Counted from the first letter of the stretch, positions 15,001 to 22,643 are shown. The stretch is DNA of 64,000 nucleotides from Candidatus Levyibacteriota bacterium (GCA_963722305.1 CAVRKE010000002.1:379878-443877); one strand, 5' to 3'. Notes: generated by a model from the letters alone, not told the origin. Translations and numbers: made by a program.

Positions 15001-18000
15001 AATGTGCATCCGATGCCATCTCCCTGCAGTCTGCCTATGTGGGAGGAAATACCATTACCACTACCAATAACAGGGACATTTCCTTTACACTGGCGAATAC
15101 TTCAACCAACTCAAACTTTGTGGTGACAACGGCTGCTGATTCAACCGGTTATTCGGTCTTCCAAAGAGCAACCGGTTCAACTACTTATGCTCCCGATCAA
15201 TTAATCTTAGTTAATAATGCCGACACTTCTATGCCGGTAACAACCGGTATAAAGTTGACCGGATTATTCGGAACCGGCATTGATGTTTCCAATAGCGGCA
15301 TCACTACCGGTTTAGCTCTTGGTTCAAGTGCCATTTCCGGCAATAACTTCTCTGTTAGTTCTGGTGGTAATATTACCGCCAGCGGAAATCTATCCCTTAA
15401 CGGTTCAACCATTACTACTACCAATAATACTTCTGCCGCATCGGTGTTTAATACCAATGCTCCAACTTTGAATATGGGAGGAGCGGCAACTACTATTAGC
15501 ATTGGGGCAACCAGCGGGACAGCCACTATTAATAACGCCACCCTTTCCCTACCCCATGCCACCGCTATTAATGCAGCCAATGCCGCTTTAAGTGTTACTT
15601 CTGCCAGTATTGGTGGAGGTTATGGGAACACCGGAGTGACAATTTCCAATAGCGGCAATATCCAGGCCAACGGCACTTTAACGGTTGACAGCACTTCTGT
15701 TTTAACCGGAGATGTCACCATGGGAGGAAATCTGGCGGTTAACGGCGGATATATCACCACCACCTCAACCAGTCCTTCCTACATCTTCAATACCAATACT
15801 CCGGAACTGCATATCGGAGAAGGAGCATCAACCCTTAGTCTGGGGGCAACCACTGGAACAACCACTGTTAATAACACCTTAACTGTAGAGAATGATTTAA
15901 ATGCTTATGGTAATGTCATCTTTACCCCGGCAACCAGCGGACAAAATATTTCCTTCAATACCAACGGGAGTAATTCCAAACTTTACATCACCGGACTGCC
16001 TACCGCCACCGGCACCTTGGTTTGTATTAACGGTACCAATGGTCAAATCACCCAATGTGCATCCGATGCCATCTCCCTGCAGTCTGCCTATGTGGGAGGA
16101 AATACCATTACCACTACCAATAACAGGGACATTTCCTTTACACTGGCGAATACTTCAACCAACTCAAACTTTGTGGTGACAACGGCCGATAACTCCACCG
16201 GATACTCCGCTTTTGTTAGGGCCAATGGATCAGGTGTTGCCGATCCAATGCAGTTAATTTTGGTTGCTAACCAAAGCACAACCAGAAGTATCGCGGCCGG
16301 TATTAAAATCCAATCGGCTGCCGGTAAAATAACCAACGGACTTGACCTTTCCGATCCTAATATTGTTAACGCTCTCTCCTTAGGTTCAAGTAATGTTACT
16401 GCCAATAACTTTAACATTGAAGGTGCAACCGGAAATATTACAACTTCGGGAACTTTGGCTGTTAACGGAGGGAGTATTACCACTACTTACACCAATACCG
16501 CCAACATCTTTAATACTAACGCCAGCGGATTGAATATTGGTGGAGCGGCAACCACCATTAGTCTTGGTGCAACATCGGGAACTACGACAATTAATAATCA
16601 AACTCTTGCTCTGCCTAACGCTACTGTTGTCAGTGCCGGAAACGCCACTTTAAGCGTTGACACTACTAATATTGGCGGCGGATATGGACAAACCGGAGTG
16701 ACGATATCGAACACAGGAAATATTCAGGCCAACGGAACCTTAACTGTTGATAATAGTTCTTTGTTGGCCGGAGACGTTACCACCAACGGCACCATTAACG
16801 CCAACGGCGGAACTATTGCTACCACTTATACCAATACTGCCAATATCTTTAATACTAACGCCAGCGGATTGAATATTGGTGGAGCGGCAACCACCATTAG
16901 TCTTGGTGCAACATCGGGAACTACGACGATTAATAATGACCTTGAAGTTAAAGGCTCAGCCACAATTGATACTAATCTAACCGCTTTAGGACAGTCTACA
17001 TTTACTCCATCCGGCTCAAACGGAGTAACGATTAATACCAATAATAACGCTTTGTTGAAAGTTAGCGGACTAAGTAGTGCATTAGGAAGCGTCATTTGCG
17101 TTGACTCTTCAAATAATATTAGGACCTGCTCCAATGCGGCTTTGTCATTACAAGCCGCTTATAATGCCGGCAACACCATCACTACCACTAATGCCAGAGA
17201 TATCGGTTTCACTTTGGCAGATACGGCCTCCGATTCAAACTTTGTGGTTACAACAGCAGCCGGTTCAACCGGAGGAACAGAGTTTATCAGAGCCGATGGT
17301 TTGGCAGCGGCAGACCCAAATCAATTGGTCTTAATTGATAATGCCAGTACTAGTAGACAATTACCAACCGCATTAAAGATTACCTCAAGCGGAGGAACAG
17401 GCATCGGAACAGCGCTGGATGTTTCTGATGCTTCTATTGTTACAGCCATTGCTTTAGGGACAAATGATATAAGCGGTACCAATTTCTCTGTCAATGGCAC
17501 TAATGGCAATATTACCAGTAGCGGAAATCTAACTCTTAACGGTTCGACTATTACTACTACCTCAACCGGAACTGCTTCCGTATTTAACAGTAATGCCTTA
17601 ACCTTTAATATGGGAGGAGCAGCCACCAATGTTAATATCGGGGCTACTTCCGGTACAGCAACTATTAATAATGCCACCCTTTCTCTACCCCATGCTACCG
17701 CTATTAATGCCGGCAATGCCTTATTAACGATTGATTCAACTAACATCGGCGGAGGTTACGGCAACACCGGAGTGACCATTTCTAATGCCGGCAATATCCA
17801 AGCCAACGGCACTTTAACGGTGGATAATACATCCTTGTTAACCGGGGATGTCACCATGGGAGGAAATTTGGCGGTTAACGGAGGATATATTACCACCACC
17901 TCTACCAGTCCCTCTTACATCTTTAATGCCAATACTCCGGAACTGCATATCGGAGAAGGGGCATCAACCATTAGTCTGGGAGCCACATCCGGAACTACGA

Positions 18001-21000
18001 CTATTAATAATAGTCTGACGGTAAGTGGCGTTGCTACCTTTAATGGCGGAGCAACAGTGGCAACCAACCAAAGTTTTGCTGCTAACGGACCATCTACCTT
18101 TACCCCCGGAAGTAGTAACAATATTATCTTTAACACCGGCAGTAGCTCTTTCTTTGTCTTGAATAATTTAACTTCCCCATCAACTGCCGGAACAGCGATT
18201 TGTTTGGACTCTTCAAATAATGTCACCAAATGCGGCGGCGCAACCTTCTCACTCCAAGCTGCTTATGTTGGAGGAAATACCATTACTACTACCAATAACC
18301 GAAATATCTCTTTCACTTTGGCAGACACCGCCATCGATTCAAACTTTGTTATCACCACTGCCGCAAACTCTACCGGAGAAACCCAATTCTTAAGGGCCGA
18401 CGGAACAGCCAATAACAATCCCAACGAGTTGGTTCTAATCCAAAATCTAAATACCCAAACAGCTCTACCGGTTGGCTTAAAAATTGCCGGCGTCAGCGGT
18501 GGAAACGTTACTACTGCTCTTGATCTTTCCGATGCCAACATTACCACCGCCATTGACTTGGGAGCAAACAACATTGCCGCCACCCACTTTAACCTAAATG
18601 GCTCTAACGGTAATATTACAACCAGTGGAACTCTGGCAGTTAATAGCGGCAGTATTACTTCTACTGCCGGAACAGCAGCAATCTTTAATAGCGGAGTGTC
18701 AAATCTTTCGATTGGCCAAGCAGCCAGTACCTTAAGTTTGGGTGCAACATCCGGGACTACGACTATTAATAATGTGACTCTTTCTCTGCCTAATGCTACT
18801 GCCGTTAATGCTTCCAATGCCACCGGTAACTTCTACTCTTTAACCACCGGTGGCGGTTATAGCTCAACCGGAGCAACAATTGACAACAATGGCAATATTC
18901 AAACCAAAGGTTCATTAACGGTTGATAGCTCTTCCACCTTAACCGGGAATGTTACCACTGCCGGCACTCTGGCAGTTAATAGCGGCAGTATCACTTCTAC
19001 TGCCGGGACGGCATCGATATTTAATAGTGGGGTGTCAAATCTTTCGATTGGCCAAGCTGCCAGTACTTTAAGTTTGGGTGCAACATCCGGAACTACGACT
19101 ATTAATAATAACCTGGCGGTAAGTGGCGTTGCTACTTTTAACGGCGGGGCAACGGTTGCAACCAACCAAAGTTTTGCCGCTAACGGACCGTCTACCTTTA
19201 CTCCTGGAAACAGTAACAATTTAACAATTAATACAACCGGAAATTCTTTTGTTAACATTACCGGACTGCAAACCGCTACCGGAACTTTGGTTTGTCTTGA
19301 TTCTTCCAATAACGTTGTAATGTGCTCAACTACTTCTATTTCTTTACAAGGAGCATATACCGGCGGCAACACCATCACTACCACTAATGCCAGAGATATC
19401 GGTTTCACTTTGGCAGATACGGCCTCCGATTCAAACTTTGTGGTTACAACAGCAGCCGGTTCAACCGGAGGAACAGAGTTTATCAGAGCCGATGGTTTGG
19501 CAGCGGCAGACCCAAATCAATTGGTCTTAATTGATAATGCCAGTACTAGTAGACAATTACCAACCGCATTAAAGATTACCTCAAGCGGAGGAACAGGCAT
19601 CGGAACAGCGCTGGATGTTTCTGATGCTTCTATTGTTACAGCCATTGCTTTAGGGACAAATGATATAAGCGGTACCAATTTCTCTGTCAATGGCACTAAT
19701 GGCAATATTACCAGTAGCGGAAATCTAACTCTTAACGGTTCGACTATTACTACTACCTCAACCGGAACTGCTTCCGTATTTAACAGTAATGCCTTAACCT
19801 TTAATATGGGAGGAGCAGCCACCAATGTTAATATCGGGGCTACTTCCGGTACAGCAACTATTAATAATGCCACCCTTTCTCTACCCCATGCTACCGCTAT
19901 TAATGCCGGCAATGCCTTATTAACGATTGATTCAACTAACATCGGCGGAGGTTACGGCAACACCGGAGTGACCATTTCTAATGCCGGCAATATCCAAGCC
20001 AACGGCACTTTAACGGTGGATGAAAATTCTCTTCTTTCTGGAAATGCCAGTGTTAGTGGAACCTTAGCCGTCAACGATGTAACCTACCTTAATTCAGCGC
20101 TAAACGTCACCGGAGTGGCAACATTTGGCAATGATGTCCAGGTTAACAACGGTAATCTGACAACTACTACTGCCGGAACCGCCAATGTCTTCAACACCAA
20201 TGCTACCGGATTAAATATTGGCGGAGCTGCTACAGCTGTGAATATCGGGGCAACCAGTGGTACTACTACTATTAATAGTGGCACCCTTTCTTTGCCTAAT
20301 GCCACTGCGGTTACTGCCGGCAGTGCTTTGCTAACTATTGACTCTGCTTCGATTGGTGGAGGGTATGGTAATACCGGGGTAACAATTTCCAATACCGGCA
20401 ATATCCAAGCCAACGGCACTCTAACCATTGGTAGCACTTCCGACCTTAAAGGACAAGTTACCGCCGAAGCCGGTATCAAAGTTAACGGTACAGGTTCTAC
20501 TGCGGATATCACTACCGATAAATCAACTGCTACTCTATTTAATACCACTGCTACCACCGTTAATCTGGGTGGGGCTGCCACAGCTGTGAATATCGGGGCA
20601 ACCAGTGGTACTACTACTATTAATAACAACCTGGCGGTAAGTCTGGTTGATAATAGTGCTAATGCCTTCAGTGTCTATGAAGGAGCCAATAGCTATCTTA
20701 ATGTCAGCACTGTGGATAGCAGTGAGAATGTCGCTTTTGGTAATGGTAGTACCAATCCTACCTACTCCTTCCTGGGTAGTGGAGCGACTACCTTTACCGG
20801 AGATATTAATGCCAACAGTGGAACTATTGCGACTAATAAAACTGCTGCCAGTCTATTTAACTCCACTGTTACCAATCTTGGCCTAGGAGGCGCTGCTACC
20901 ACTTTAACAATGGGCGCAACCAGTGGCACTGCTACTATTAGAAATGCAATCATTTCTCTACCTAATGCTACACAAGTTAATGCTGCCAATGCCAGCGGTA

Positions 21001-22643
21001 ACTTTAACTCCCTAACCACCGGCGGAGGTTATGGCTCAACCGGAGCAACTATTGGCAGCAGTGGCAATATTCAAAGCAAAGGAACCCTAACTATTGATTT
21101 AACCTCTACTCTCACCGGTCTGGTTACCGCCAGTTCCGGAGTAAAGATTAACGGTGCCTCTACTGCGGATATCACTACCGATAAGTTAACTGGCAATATC
21201 TTTAATGCTACTGCTACTACCGTTAATCTGGGTGGGGCTGCCACAGCTATCAATATCGGGGCAACATCCGGTACTACTACTATTAATAATAACCTGGCGG
21301 TAAGTGGCATTGCTACCTTTAATGGTGGGGCAACTGTTGCAACTAATCAAAACTTTGCTGCTAATGGGCAATCAACGTTTACTCCGGGCGATACCAATAA
21401 TGTCACTGTTAATTTAGGGACCAGTTCTTTCTTAGTATTAAATAATTTAACTACTCCGGTCACTGCCGGAGTATCCCTTTGTTTAGATTCTTCAAACAAC
21501 GTCACGAAGTGTTCAAGTACTACTGTTACCTTACAATCTGCTTATGCTGGTGGCAACACCATTACTACTTCCGATAATCGGGATATTGCCTTTAATCTGG
21601 CGGCAACAGGAGCAGATTCCAACTTTACGGTTACCACTGCTGCGGGTGGGATTGGTTATTCTGCTTTTGTTAGAGCAGATGGTTCAGCCAGCTTAGATCC
21701 TAGCCAATTGGTCTTAATCCAGAATTTGAACACCGGAAGAAGTTTGCCGGTTGGTCTAAAGATTGCCGGAGTCAATGGTGGTAATGTCACTACCGGAATT
21801 GATTTAACGGATAGTTATCTGACAACCGCTATTGATGTCGGTGGAAATATTATTAAAGGCACTGACTTCTCTATTACCGGCTCAAACGGTAATATTACTA
21901 CCTCAGGTACAGTAGCGGTTAACAGTGGCAGTATTACTACTACCTACGCAACCGGTAATGTCTTTAACAGTGTGGCATCCACTCTTAATCTAGGAGGAGC
22001 GGCAACCAATATTAATATCGGGGCAACTAGTGGTACAGCGACTATTAAAAATGCCATTGTTTCCCTACCTAATGCTACACAAGTTAATGCCAGTAATGCC
22101 GCCGGTAACTTTAACTCTCTAACCACCGGTGGAGGTTATACATCAACCGGAGCAACGATTGATAACAGCGGTAATATCCAAGCCAATGGTAATTTAACTA
22201 TTATCGGAACCTCTGACCTTAACGGTAATACTACTGTTGGCGCAGCCTTAGGAGTTACCGGCAATGTTTCGGTTAATACCAATAAATTCACCATTGATGC
22301 TTCAACCGGGAATACGGTCATCGGTGGAACATTAACCGTTACCGGGAATACCTCCCTTTCCACTCTTAATACTTCGGGACTGGCAACCCTAAACAGTGCC
22401 TCTGTTACTAATAATGAGACAGTGGGAGGAGCATTAACAGTGACCGGTGTTTCTACCTTTAACGGCGGAGCAACCGTTGCTTCAGGACAAAACTTCCTGG
22501 CCCAGGGTCAATCAACCTTTACACCCTCTGCCAGTAGTGGTATTACCGTTAATACTACCAATGCCAATACCTTCTTTAGATTGAATGGATTAAGTACTCC
22601 AGCAGCAGCCGGAGTGGCCCTATTGTCTGGATTCATCCAATAA
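3..22643 (+). CDS. Giant T/N/G/S-rich modular repeat protein, N-terminal/central part (5' partial; ORF track start 66 is an internal TTG, frame is open back to bp 3). Probable extracellular fibre/adhesin.
   Basis: 7525-aa ORF with no stop between bp 3 and 22643. Extreme low-complexity composition. Recurrent module boundary motif Cys-x9-11-Cys then LQxAYxxGNTITT (about 17 times here). Beta-strand-like repeats such as GNITTSGTLAVNGGSITTT. Internal perfect tandem arrays. The stop at 22643 coincides with a 1-nt insertion relative to the repeat consensus. Confidence 0.8.
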   Translation, partial: FTNELPYGQIVAPTAINDYFVLGGSTVETGTLTFNPAAANLTIGTNNTGSGGQNGTLTLYSAGNAVTDTYLTTNNNGDLLIPTNNVGIGATPTDLDADSNPFKLEVAGSIGPNQNGVYDLGSPTMQYRNLYLTGQTTSGGNITIANTSPSITFTDTTPLENEYEINVDHSQFTVTNNTTGANAITVNANGNIDLAGGSLATGCTIDNATGNLSCSGSGTFGNGLTVTTGAVNVTGTSGALSLSGLGASSIALTGANNLLITANNFNATATGINNTAIGTDLQSSGAFTTLSASGTVTLSNLPFNGPVYATAGGVLTSEQYLSPSRGGTGLDASAAPNGSLLIGNGTGYTLATISGSLNQVNVTNGAGTITLSLPQDIALTSTPTFTGMNLTSTNNQLVLGNTNAANHTLTINSPSQTANVTALIPSLTNPGGDTFVFAEQAQTLDNKTIGSSGLVFSGATADINTQSGKDLTVSTTGLGTQIVLSSVVKLGTIASAPSYPNTATTLCRDDTSGQISQCPANAANVDLQQAYNAGNTITTNNNNNITFNLAGGETTSFVLNNSGTAPAFVINDMNAGLGTVLEVQSATNPTLTVLENGTLSTVGNLITTGTGSITSASTLTAQATSNQLVLGTGSATTTFNSAAATAQTVNIPELLTSDSDTFAFVNEAQTLLNKTIGSSGLVFSGATADINTQSGKDLTVSTTGLGTQIVLSSVVKLGTIASAPSYPNTATTLCRDDTSGQISQCPANAANVDLQQAYNAGNTITTNNNNNIGFTLANGESTQFTLANAGNATSAFVISDANAAHNALQILSGATPTLTLGINGDITTPGNITTNSGGTITSAGLLTGSNGLTVTTGAINLTGTSGALNLSGLSASSIALTGANNLLITANNFNVTGTGINNTAIGATTQSSGAFTTLSASGTVTLSNLPFNGPVYATAGGVLTSEQYLSTTRGGTGLDTSLAQNGELLIGNGAGLSLGYIGGTLNQINVASTSGTITLSLPQDIALTSSPTFAGMNLTNTANQLMLGGSGAVTTISSTSSANQTITIPTLLTSNIDSFAFLNEAQTLTNKTIGSTGLVFSGPDTSADITTVSDQNLTLTPNGSGQIVLGSVVQLAADLPSAPTSATTLCRDDAAPHQIVQCPANAMNVTLQEAYNAGNTITTNNNNNIGFTLANGESTQFTLANAGNATSAFVISDANAAHNALQILSGATPTLTLGINGDITTTGALSSGNITSSGTITSQAVNNQLVLGNGNTTTINAIASSSSSWTATIPALTGNDTFVFTNQEQTLTNKSLVDGSTYLVNENYQTRRVQFDLSELQTDGVTRVITVPDMNGSLCLTTGNCAGTGGVVGGSGNVNRLAKFTADGSTIGNSNILDDGSLITALSGLQMAKLADATGGTPLENSNIFTLQGSYWTGGAAANATFGLQNIVINNSPLSYKLSFQNTNGTEVASLSQNGELTLSSLTANGPVYSNNGTLNSEQYLSTVRGGTGLDTSEATNGELLIGNGAGLSLGYLTGTPNQISIASTAGAINFSLPQDIALTSTPTFAALSLTNSVNQLTLGTTGAITTVNSAATGNQTVTIPALLTSNSDTFVFASEAQTLQNKTIGSSGLVFSGLDANADITTVSSQNLTLTPNGSGQIVLSNITQLGNLPSAPISPINPPSTLCRNNDNGQIVQCSANSLNVTLQQAYQAGNTITTSNLYHNLAFNLTENTQFTLNNAGSATSAFVITDSNPNNNALQILSGTTPTLSLGVNGNVSTSGTMIFTGTGTNITTISNQNLTLTPNGSGEIVLSNTTQLGSLPSAPISPTIPPTTLCRNNDNSEVIQCPANALNVTLQQAYNAGNTITTNSNNNIGFVLSSGETTSFTLANNGDSTGFALTNAGLGTAMIINDTNAATNNALVVESGGAPTLTISENGSLSTVGVLTAGATANQLVLGNETTGNHTTTISATPPTSDMTAVIPALTSGIGSDTFVFENQTQTLTNKTIGSTGLAFTGPDTNNDIYTISNQNLSLSAGTGQIVLTANAVQVSALSAAVGGTVVCQNSSNQLSVCSSNALNVTLQQAYEAGNTITTTEDRGIAFTLGTGLNTSFNLTNNGTASAAFNLANNGTGSGIYLTNASTGNGVIINDTNSPTNIALQVQSNTTPTLTINANGNLTTSGNVSSSGNILTTGTGTITSAGLLTASNGLTLTTGAVNITGTSGALALSGLSASSIALSAGNNLTITADNFNTTSTGINSTAIGATTASSGAFTTLSSTGNTTLSSTALSTFTAGNTSGLTTINGSFVNINANGQGSTLSLGLADNTPSAFVLTNGATDYINVNTSSISPAISFGAVNTNFNGNVSMLGTLGVTGETTLSANLGVSGSATVGGTLAVTGNTSLSTVNTSALATLNSASVTNNETVGGILAVNGNFTVGNNQFTVEALTGNTSIAGTLGVTGATTLSSTLDVLGLSTFNGGALIPTGQAFNASGSATFTPGTNNSVSINTDYSNGSYLTINGIGTAVGNAICLDSSNRVVSCNGAPFGLQAAYNTGNTITTTEDRGIAFTLGTGLNTSFNLTNNGTASAAFNLANNGTGSGIYLTNASTGNGVIINDTNSPTNIALQVQSNTTPTLTINANGNLTTSGNVSSSGNILTTGTGTITSAGLLTASNGLTLTTGAVNITGTSGALALSGLSASSIALSAGNNLTITADNFNTTSTGINSTAIGATTASSGAFTTLSSTGNTTLSSTALSTFTAGNTSGLTTINGSFVNINANGQGSTLSLGLADNTPSAFVLTNGATDYINVNTSSISPAISFGAVNTNFNGNVSMLGTLGVTGETTLSANLGVSGSATVGGTLAVTGNTSLSTVNTSALATLNSASVTNNETVGGILAVNGNFTVGNNQFTVEALTGNTSIAGTLGVTGATTLSSTLDVLGLSTFNGGALIPTGQAFNASGSATFTPGTNNSVSINTDYSNGSYLTINGIGTAVGNAICLDSSNRVVSCNGAPFGLQAAYNTGNTITTTEDRGIAFTLGTGLNTSFNLTNNGTASAAFNLANNGTGSGIYLTNASTGNGVIINDTNSPTNIALQVQSNTTPTLTINANGNLTTSGNVSSSGNILTTGTGTITSAGLLTASNGLTLTTGAVNITGTSGALALSGLSASSIALSAGNNLTITADNFNTTSTGINSTAIGATTASSGAFTTLSSTGNTTLSSTALSTFTAGNTSGLTTINGSFVNINANGQGSTLSLGLADNTPSAFVLTNGATDYINVNTSSISPAISFGAVNTNFNGNVSMLGTLGVTGETTLSANLGVSGSATVGGTLAVTGNTSLSTVNTSALATLNSASVTNNETVGGILAVNGNFTVGNNQFTVEALTGNTSIAGTLGVTGATTLSSTLDVLGLSTFNGGALIPTGQAFNASGSATFTPGTNNSVSINTDYSNGSYLTINGIGTAVGNAICLDSSNRVVSCNGAPFGLQAAYNTGNTITTTEDRGIAFTLGTGLNTSFNLTNNGTASAAFNLANNGTGSGIYLTNASTGNGVIINDTNSPTNIALQVQSNTTPTLTINANGNLTTSGNVSSSGNILTTGTGTITSAGLLTASNGLTLTTGAVNITGTSGALALSGLSASSIALSAGNNLTITADNFNTTSTGINSTAIGATTASSGAFTTLSSTGNTTLSSTALSTFTAGNTSGLTTINGSFVNINANGTGNGLSLGIVGNTTNAFNLAEGTNNYLNVNTTSGAENVAFGNGNTNPSFSFLGNGNFNTGTGSAYLNGNTFVTDSNTFNVGTGATSLGGTLAVSGITTLNSNLQLLPYGTGTGQTSELQLYDLAANGSYNISLKAPDQLTSNTSYTLPSDDQAAANYVLTYQDQGILKWVNVNLIGGDITAVGNVLQGDAFTGNDLGNTLWFNGPGASVNQFTTALTGSLVSQPETITLPANSGTVALIQPRIAQTATGSSPLIFLNDTGTANLVQLQNNTADVFVVDKDGNVAINGGNITTTQNSASLFNSNATQISIAGAGTTISVGASTGTTTINNKLAVTGNLEANGILNANNTFNAYGVANIGDGGDTITLNGSNLTMTATGTFVTNLADNTDSVFVIKQGSNQYLNVTTTTGAQNIAFGNTTTNPTYTFNGSGLTTFGGNIAVNGGSLISSSSAASIFNTNVNNLNIGGAASVISIGAPGSGITTINDNAAVSGNLAVNGPLSADITSTTNTATVFNSGVTNLSIGNAASTLSLGATGGTTTVNSKLNVTGNLTANAEFVANGQITLQPSGTNGINIITDADSLLNIGGLSIPETSAYSLCLDSSNNVVKCPPSASTLQSAYNGGNSILTGNARDIVFNLADTSTDSNFIVNTLSGSTGATEFVRNNGIGTASPTQLVLIDNADTTHILPIGLKIGSSGTSGVTTAIDVSDPSIVTALSFGSNDISGNYFTVEGSSGNVTTNGTLAVNSGSITTTSTGTTAIFNTNTTNLSIGGAATTLTLGATTGTATIRNGSIELPNATALDAGNALLTIDSASIGGGYGNTGVTISNSGNIQANGTLTVDNTSVLTGDVTMGGNLAVNGGNITTITSTGNIFNSPTTLNIGQAATTVSLGATSGTTTINNNLNVSGNLTTVGAVSFTPGTNGQNITFNTSGNNRQLVISGLPTQTGTLVCINGTNGQITQCASDAISLQSAYVGGNTITTTNNRDISFTLANTSTNSNFVVTTAADSTGYSVFQRATGSTTYAPDQLILVNNADTSMPVTTGIKLTGLFGTGIDVSNSGITTGLALGSSAISGNNFSVSSGGNITASGNLSLNGSTITTTNNTSAASVFNTNAPTLNMGGAATTISIGATSGTATINNATLSLPHATAINAANAALSVTSASIGGGYGNTGVTISNSGNIQANGTLTVDSTSVLTGDVTMGGNLAVNGGYITTTSTSPSYIFNTNTPELHIGEGASTLSLGATTGTTTVNNTLTVENDLNAYGNVIFTPATSGQNISFNTNGSNSKLYITGLPTATGTLVCINGTNGQITQCASDAISLQSAYVGGNTITTTNNRDISFTLANTSTNSNFVVTTAADSTGYSVFQRATGSTTYAPDQLILVNNADTSMPVTTGIKLTGLFGTGIDVSNSGITTGLALGSSAISGNNFSVSSGGNITASGNLSLNGSTITTTNNTSAASVFNTNAPTLNMGGAATTISIGATSGTATINNATLSLPHATAINAANAALSVTSASIGGGYGNTGVTISNSGNIQANGTLTVDSTSVLTGDVTMGGNLAVNGGYITTTSTSPSYIFNTNTPELHIGEGASTLSLGATTGTTTVNNTLTVENDLNAYGNVIFTPATSGQNISFNTNGSNSKLYITGLPTATGTLVCINGTNGQITQCASDAISLQSAYVGGNTITTTNNRDISFTLANTSTNSNFVVTTADNSTGYSAFVRANGSGVADPMQLILVANQSTTRSIAAGIKIQSAAGKITNGLDLSDPNIVNALSLGSSNVTANNFNIEGATGNITTSGTLAVNGGSITTTYTNTANIFNTNASGLNIGGAATTISLGATSGTTTINNQTLALPNATVVSAGNATLSVDTTNIGGGYGQTGVTISNTGNIQANGTLTVDNSSLLAGDVTTNGTINANGGTIATTYTNTANIFNTNASGLNIGGAATTISLGATSGTTTINNDLEVKGSATIDTNLTALGQSTFTPSGSNGVTINTNNNALLKVSGLSSALGSVICVDSSNNIRTCSNAALSLQAAYNAGNTITTTNARDIGFTLADTASDSNFVVTTAAGSTGGTEFIRADGLAAADPNQLVLIDNASTSRQLPTALKITSSGGTGIGTALDVSDASIVTAIALGTNDISGTNFSVNGTNGNITSSGNLTLNGSTITTTSTGTASVFNSNALTFNMGGAATNVNIGATSGTATINNATLSLPHATAINAGNALLTIDSTNIGGGYGNTGVTISNAGNIQANGTLTVDNTSLLTGDVTMGGNLAVNGGYITTTSTSPSYIFNANTPELHIGEGASTISLGATSGTTTINNSLTVSGVATFNGGATVATNQSFAANGPSTFTPGSSNNIIFNTGSSSFFVLNNLTSPSTAGTAICLDSSNNVTKCGGATFSLQAAYVGGNTITTTNNRNISFTLADTAIDSNFVITTAANSTGETQFLRADGTANNNPNELVLIQNLNTQTALPVGLKIAGVSGGNVTTALDLSDANITTAIDLGANNIAATHFNLNGSNGNITTSGTLAVNSGSITSTAGTAAIFNSGVSNLSIGQAASTLSLGATSGTTTINNVTLSLPNATAVNASNATGNFYSLTTGGGYSSTGATIDNNGNIQTKGSLTVDSSSTLTGNVTTAGTLAVNSGSITSTAGTASIFNSGVSNLSIGQAASTLSLGATSGTTTINNNLAVSGVATFNGGATVATNQSFAANGPSTFTPGNSNNLTINTTGNSFVNITGLQTATGTLVCLDSSNNVVMCSTTSISLQGAYTGGNTITTTNARDIGFTLADTASDSNFVVTTAAGSTGGTEFIRADGLAAADPNQLVLIDNASTSRQLPTALKITSSGGTGIGTALDVSDASIVTAIALGTNDISGTNFSVNGTNGNITSSGNLTLNGSTITTTSTGTASVFNSNALTFNMGGAATNVNIGATSGTATINNATLSLPHATAINAGNALLTIDSTNIGGGYGNTGVTISNAGNIQANGTLTVDENSLLSGNASVSGTLAVNDVTYLNSALNVTGVATFGNDVQVNNGNLTTTTAGTANVFNTNATGLNIGGAATAVNIGATSGTTTINSGTLSLPNATAVTAGSALLTIDSASIGGGYGNTGVTISNTGNIQANGTLTIGSTSDLKGQVTAEAGIKVNGTGSTADITTDKSTATLFNTTATTVNLGGAATAVNIGATSGTTTINNNLAVSLVDNSANAFSVYEGANSYLNVSTVDSSENVAFGNGSTNPTYSFLGSGATTFTGDINANSGTIATNKTAASLFNSTVTNLGLGGAATTLTMGATSGTATIRNAIISLPNATQVNAANASGNFNSLTTGGGYGSTGATIGSSGNIQSKGTLTIDLTSTLTGLVTASSGVKINGASTADITTDKLTGNIFNATATTVNLGGAATAINIGATSGTTTINNNLAVSGIATFNGGATVATNQNFAANGQSTFTPGDTNNVTVNLGTSSFLVLNNLTTPVTAGVSLCLDSSNNVTKCSSTTVTLQSAYAGGNTITTSDNRDIAFNLAATGADSNFTVTTAAGGIGYSAFVRADGSASLDPSQLVLIQNLNTGRSLPVGLKIAGVNGGNVTTGIDLTDSYLTTAIDVGGNIIKGTDFSITGSNGNITTSGTVAVNSGSITTTYATGNVFNSVASTLNLGGAATNINIGATSGTATIKNAIVSLPNATQVNASNAAGNFNSLTTGGGYTSTGATIDNSGNIQANGNLTIIGTSDLNGNTTVGAALGVTGNVSVNTNKFTIDASTGNTVIGGTLTVTGNTSLSTLNTSGLATLNSASVTNNETVGGALTVTGVSTFNGGATVASGQNFLAQGQSTFTPSASSGITVNTTNANTFFRLNGLSTPAAAGVALLSGFIQ
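6211..11063 (+). repeat. Intragenic tandem array, 1395-bp unit (465 aa), about 3.5 copies, no differences found by eye.
   Basis: Protein block AAYNTGNTITTTEDRGIAF...ICLDSSNRVVSCNGAPFGLQ repeats verbatim three times plus a partial copy. Antisense ORFs 6353..6883, 7748..8278 and 9143..9673 are identical. Copy 4 diverges near 11063. Confidence 0.9.
13899..16184 (+). repeat. Intragenic tandem array, 1053-bp unit (351 aa), about 2.2 copies, apparently identical.
   Basis: GTLVCINGTNGQITQCASDAISLQSAYVGGNTITTTNNRDISF... repeats twice verbatim with a 180-bp third partial copy. Antisense ORFs 14144..14527 and 15197..15580 are identical. Confidence 0.9.
17171..20026 (+). repeat. Segmental duplication: about 660 bp at 17171-17830 repeated at 19367-20026 (offset 2196 bp), within a more diverged 2196-bp periodicity.
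   Basis: Identical antisense ORFs 17321..17746 and 19517..19942. Protein block GNTITTTNARDIGFTLADTASDSNF...GNIQANGTLTVD is duplicated. Confidence 0.85.

Noticed and set aside
1471-20886. Plus-strand out-of-frame ORFs inside ORF1 (1471..1680, 4189..4386, 6949..7131 and copies, 13801..14073, 14848..15126, 17101..17334, 20647..20886)
   Set aside because: Alternative-frame artefacts of the repetitive sequence, fully contained in the giant ORF. Their periodic recurrence tracks the repeat units.
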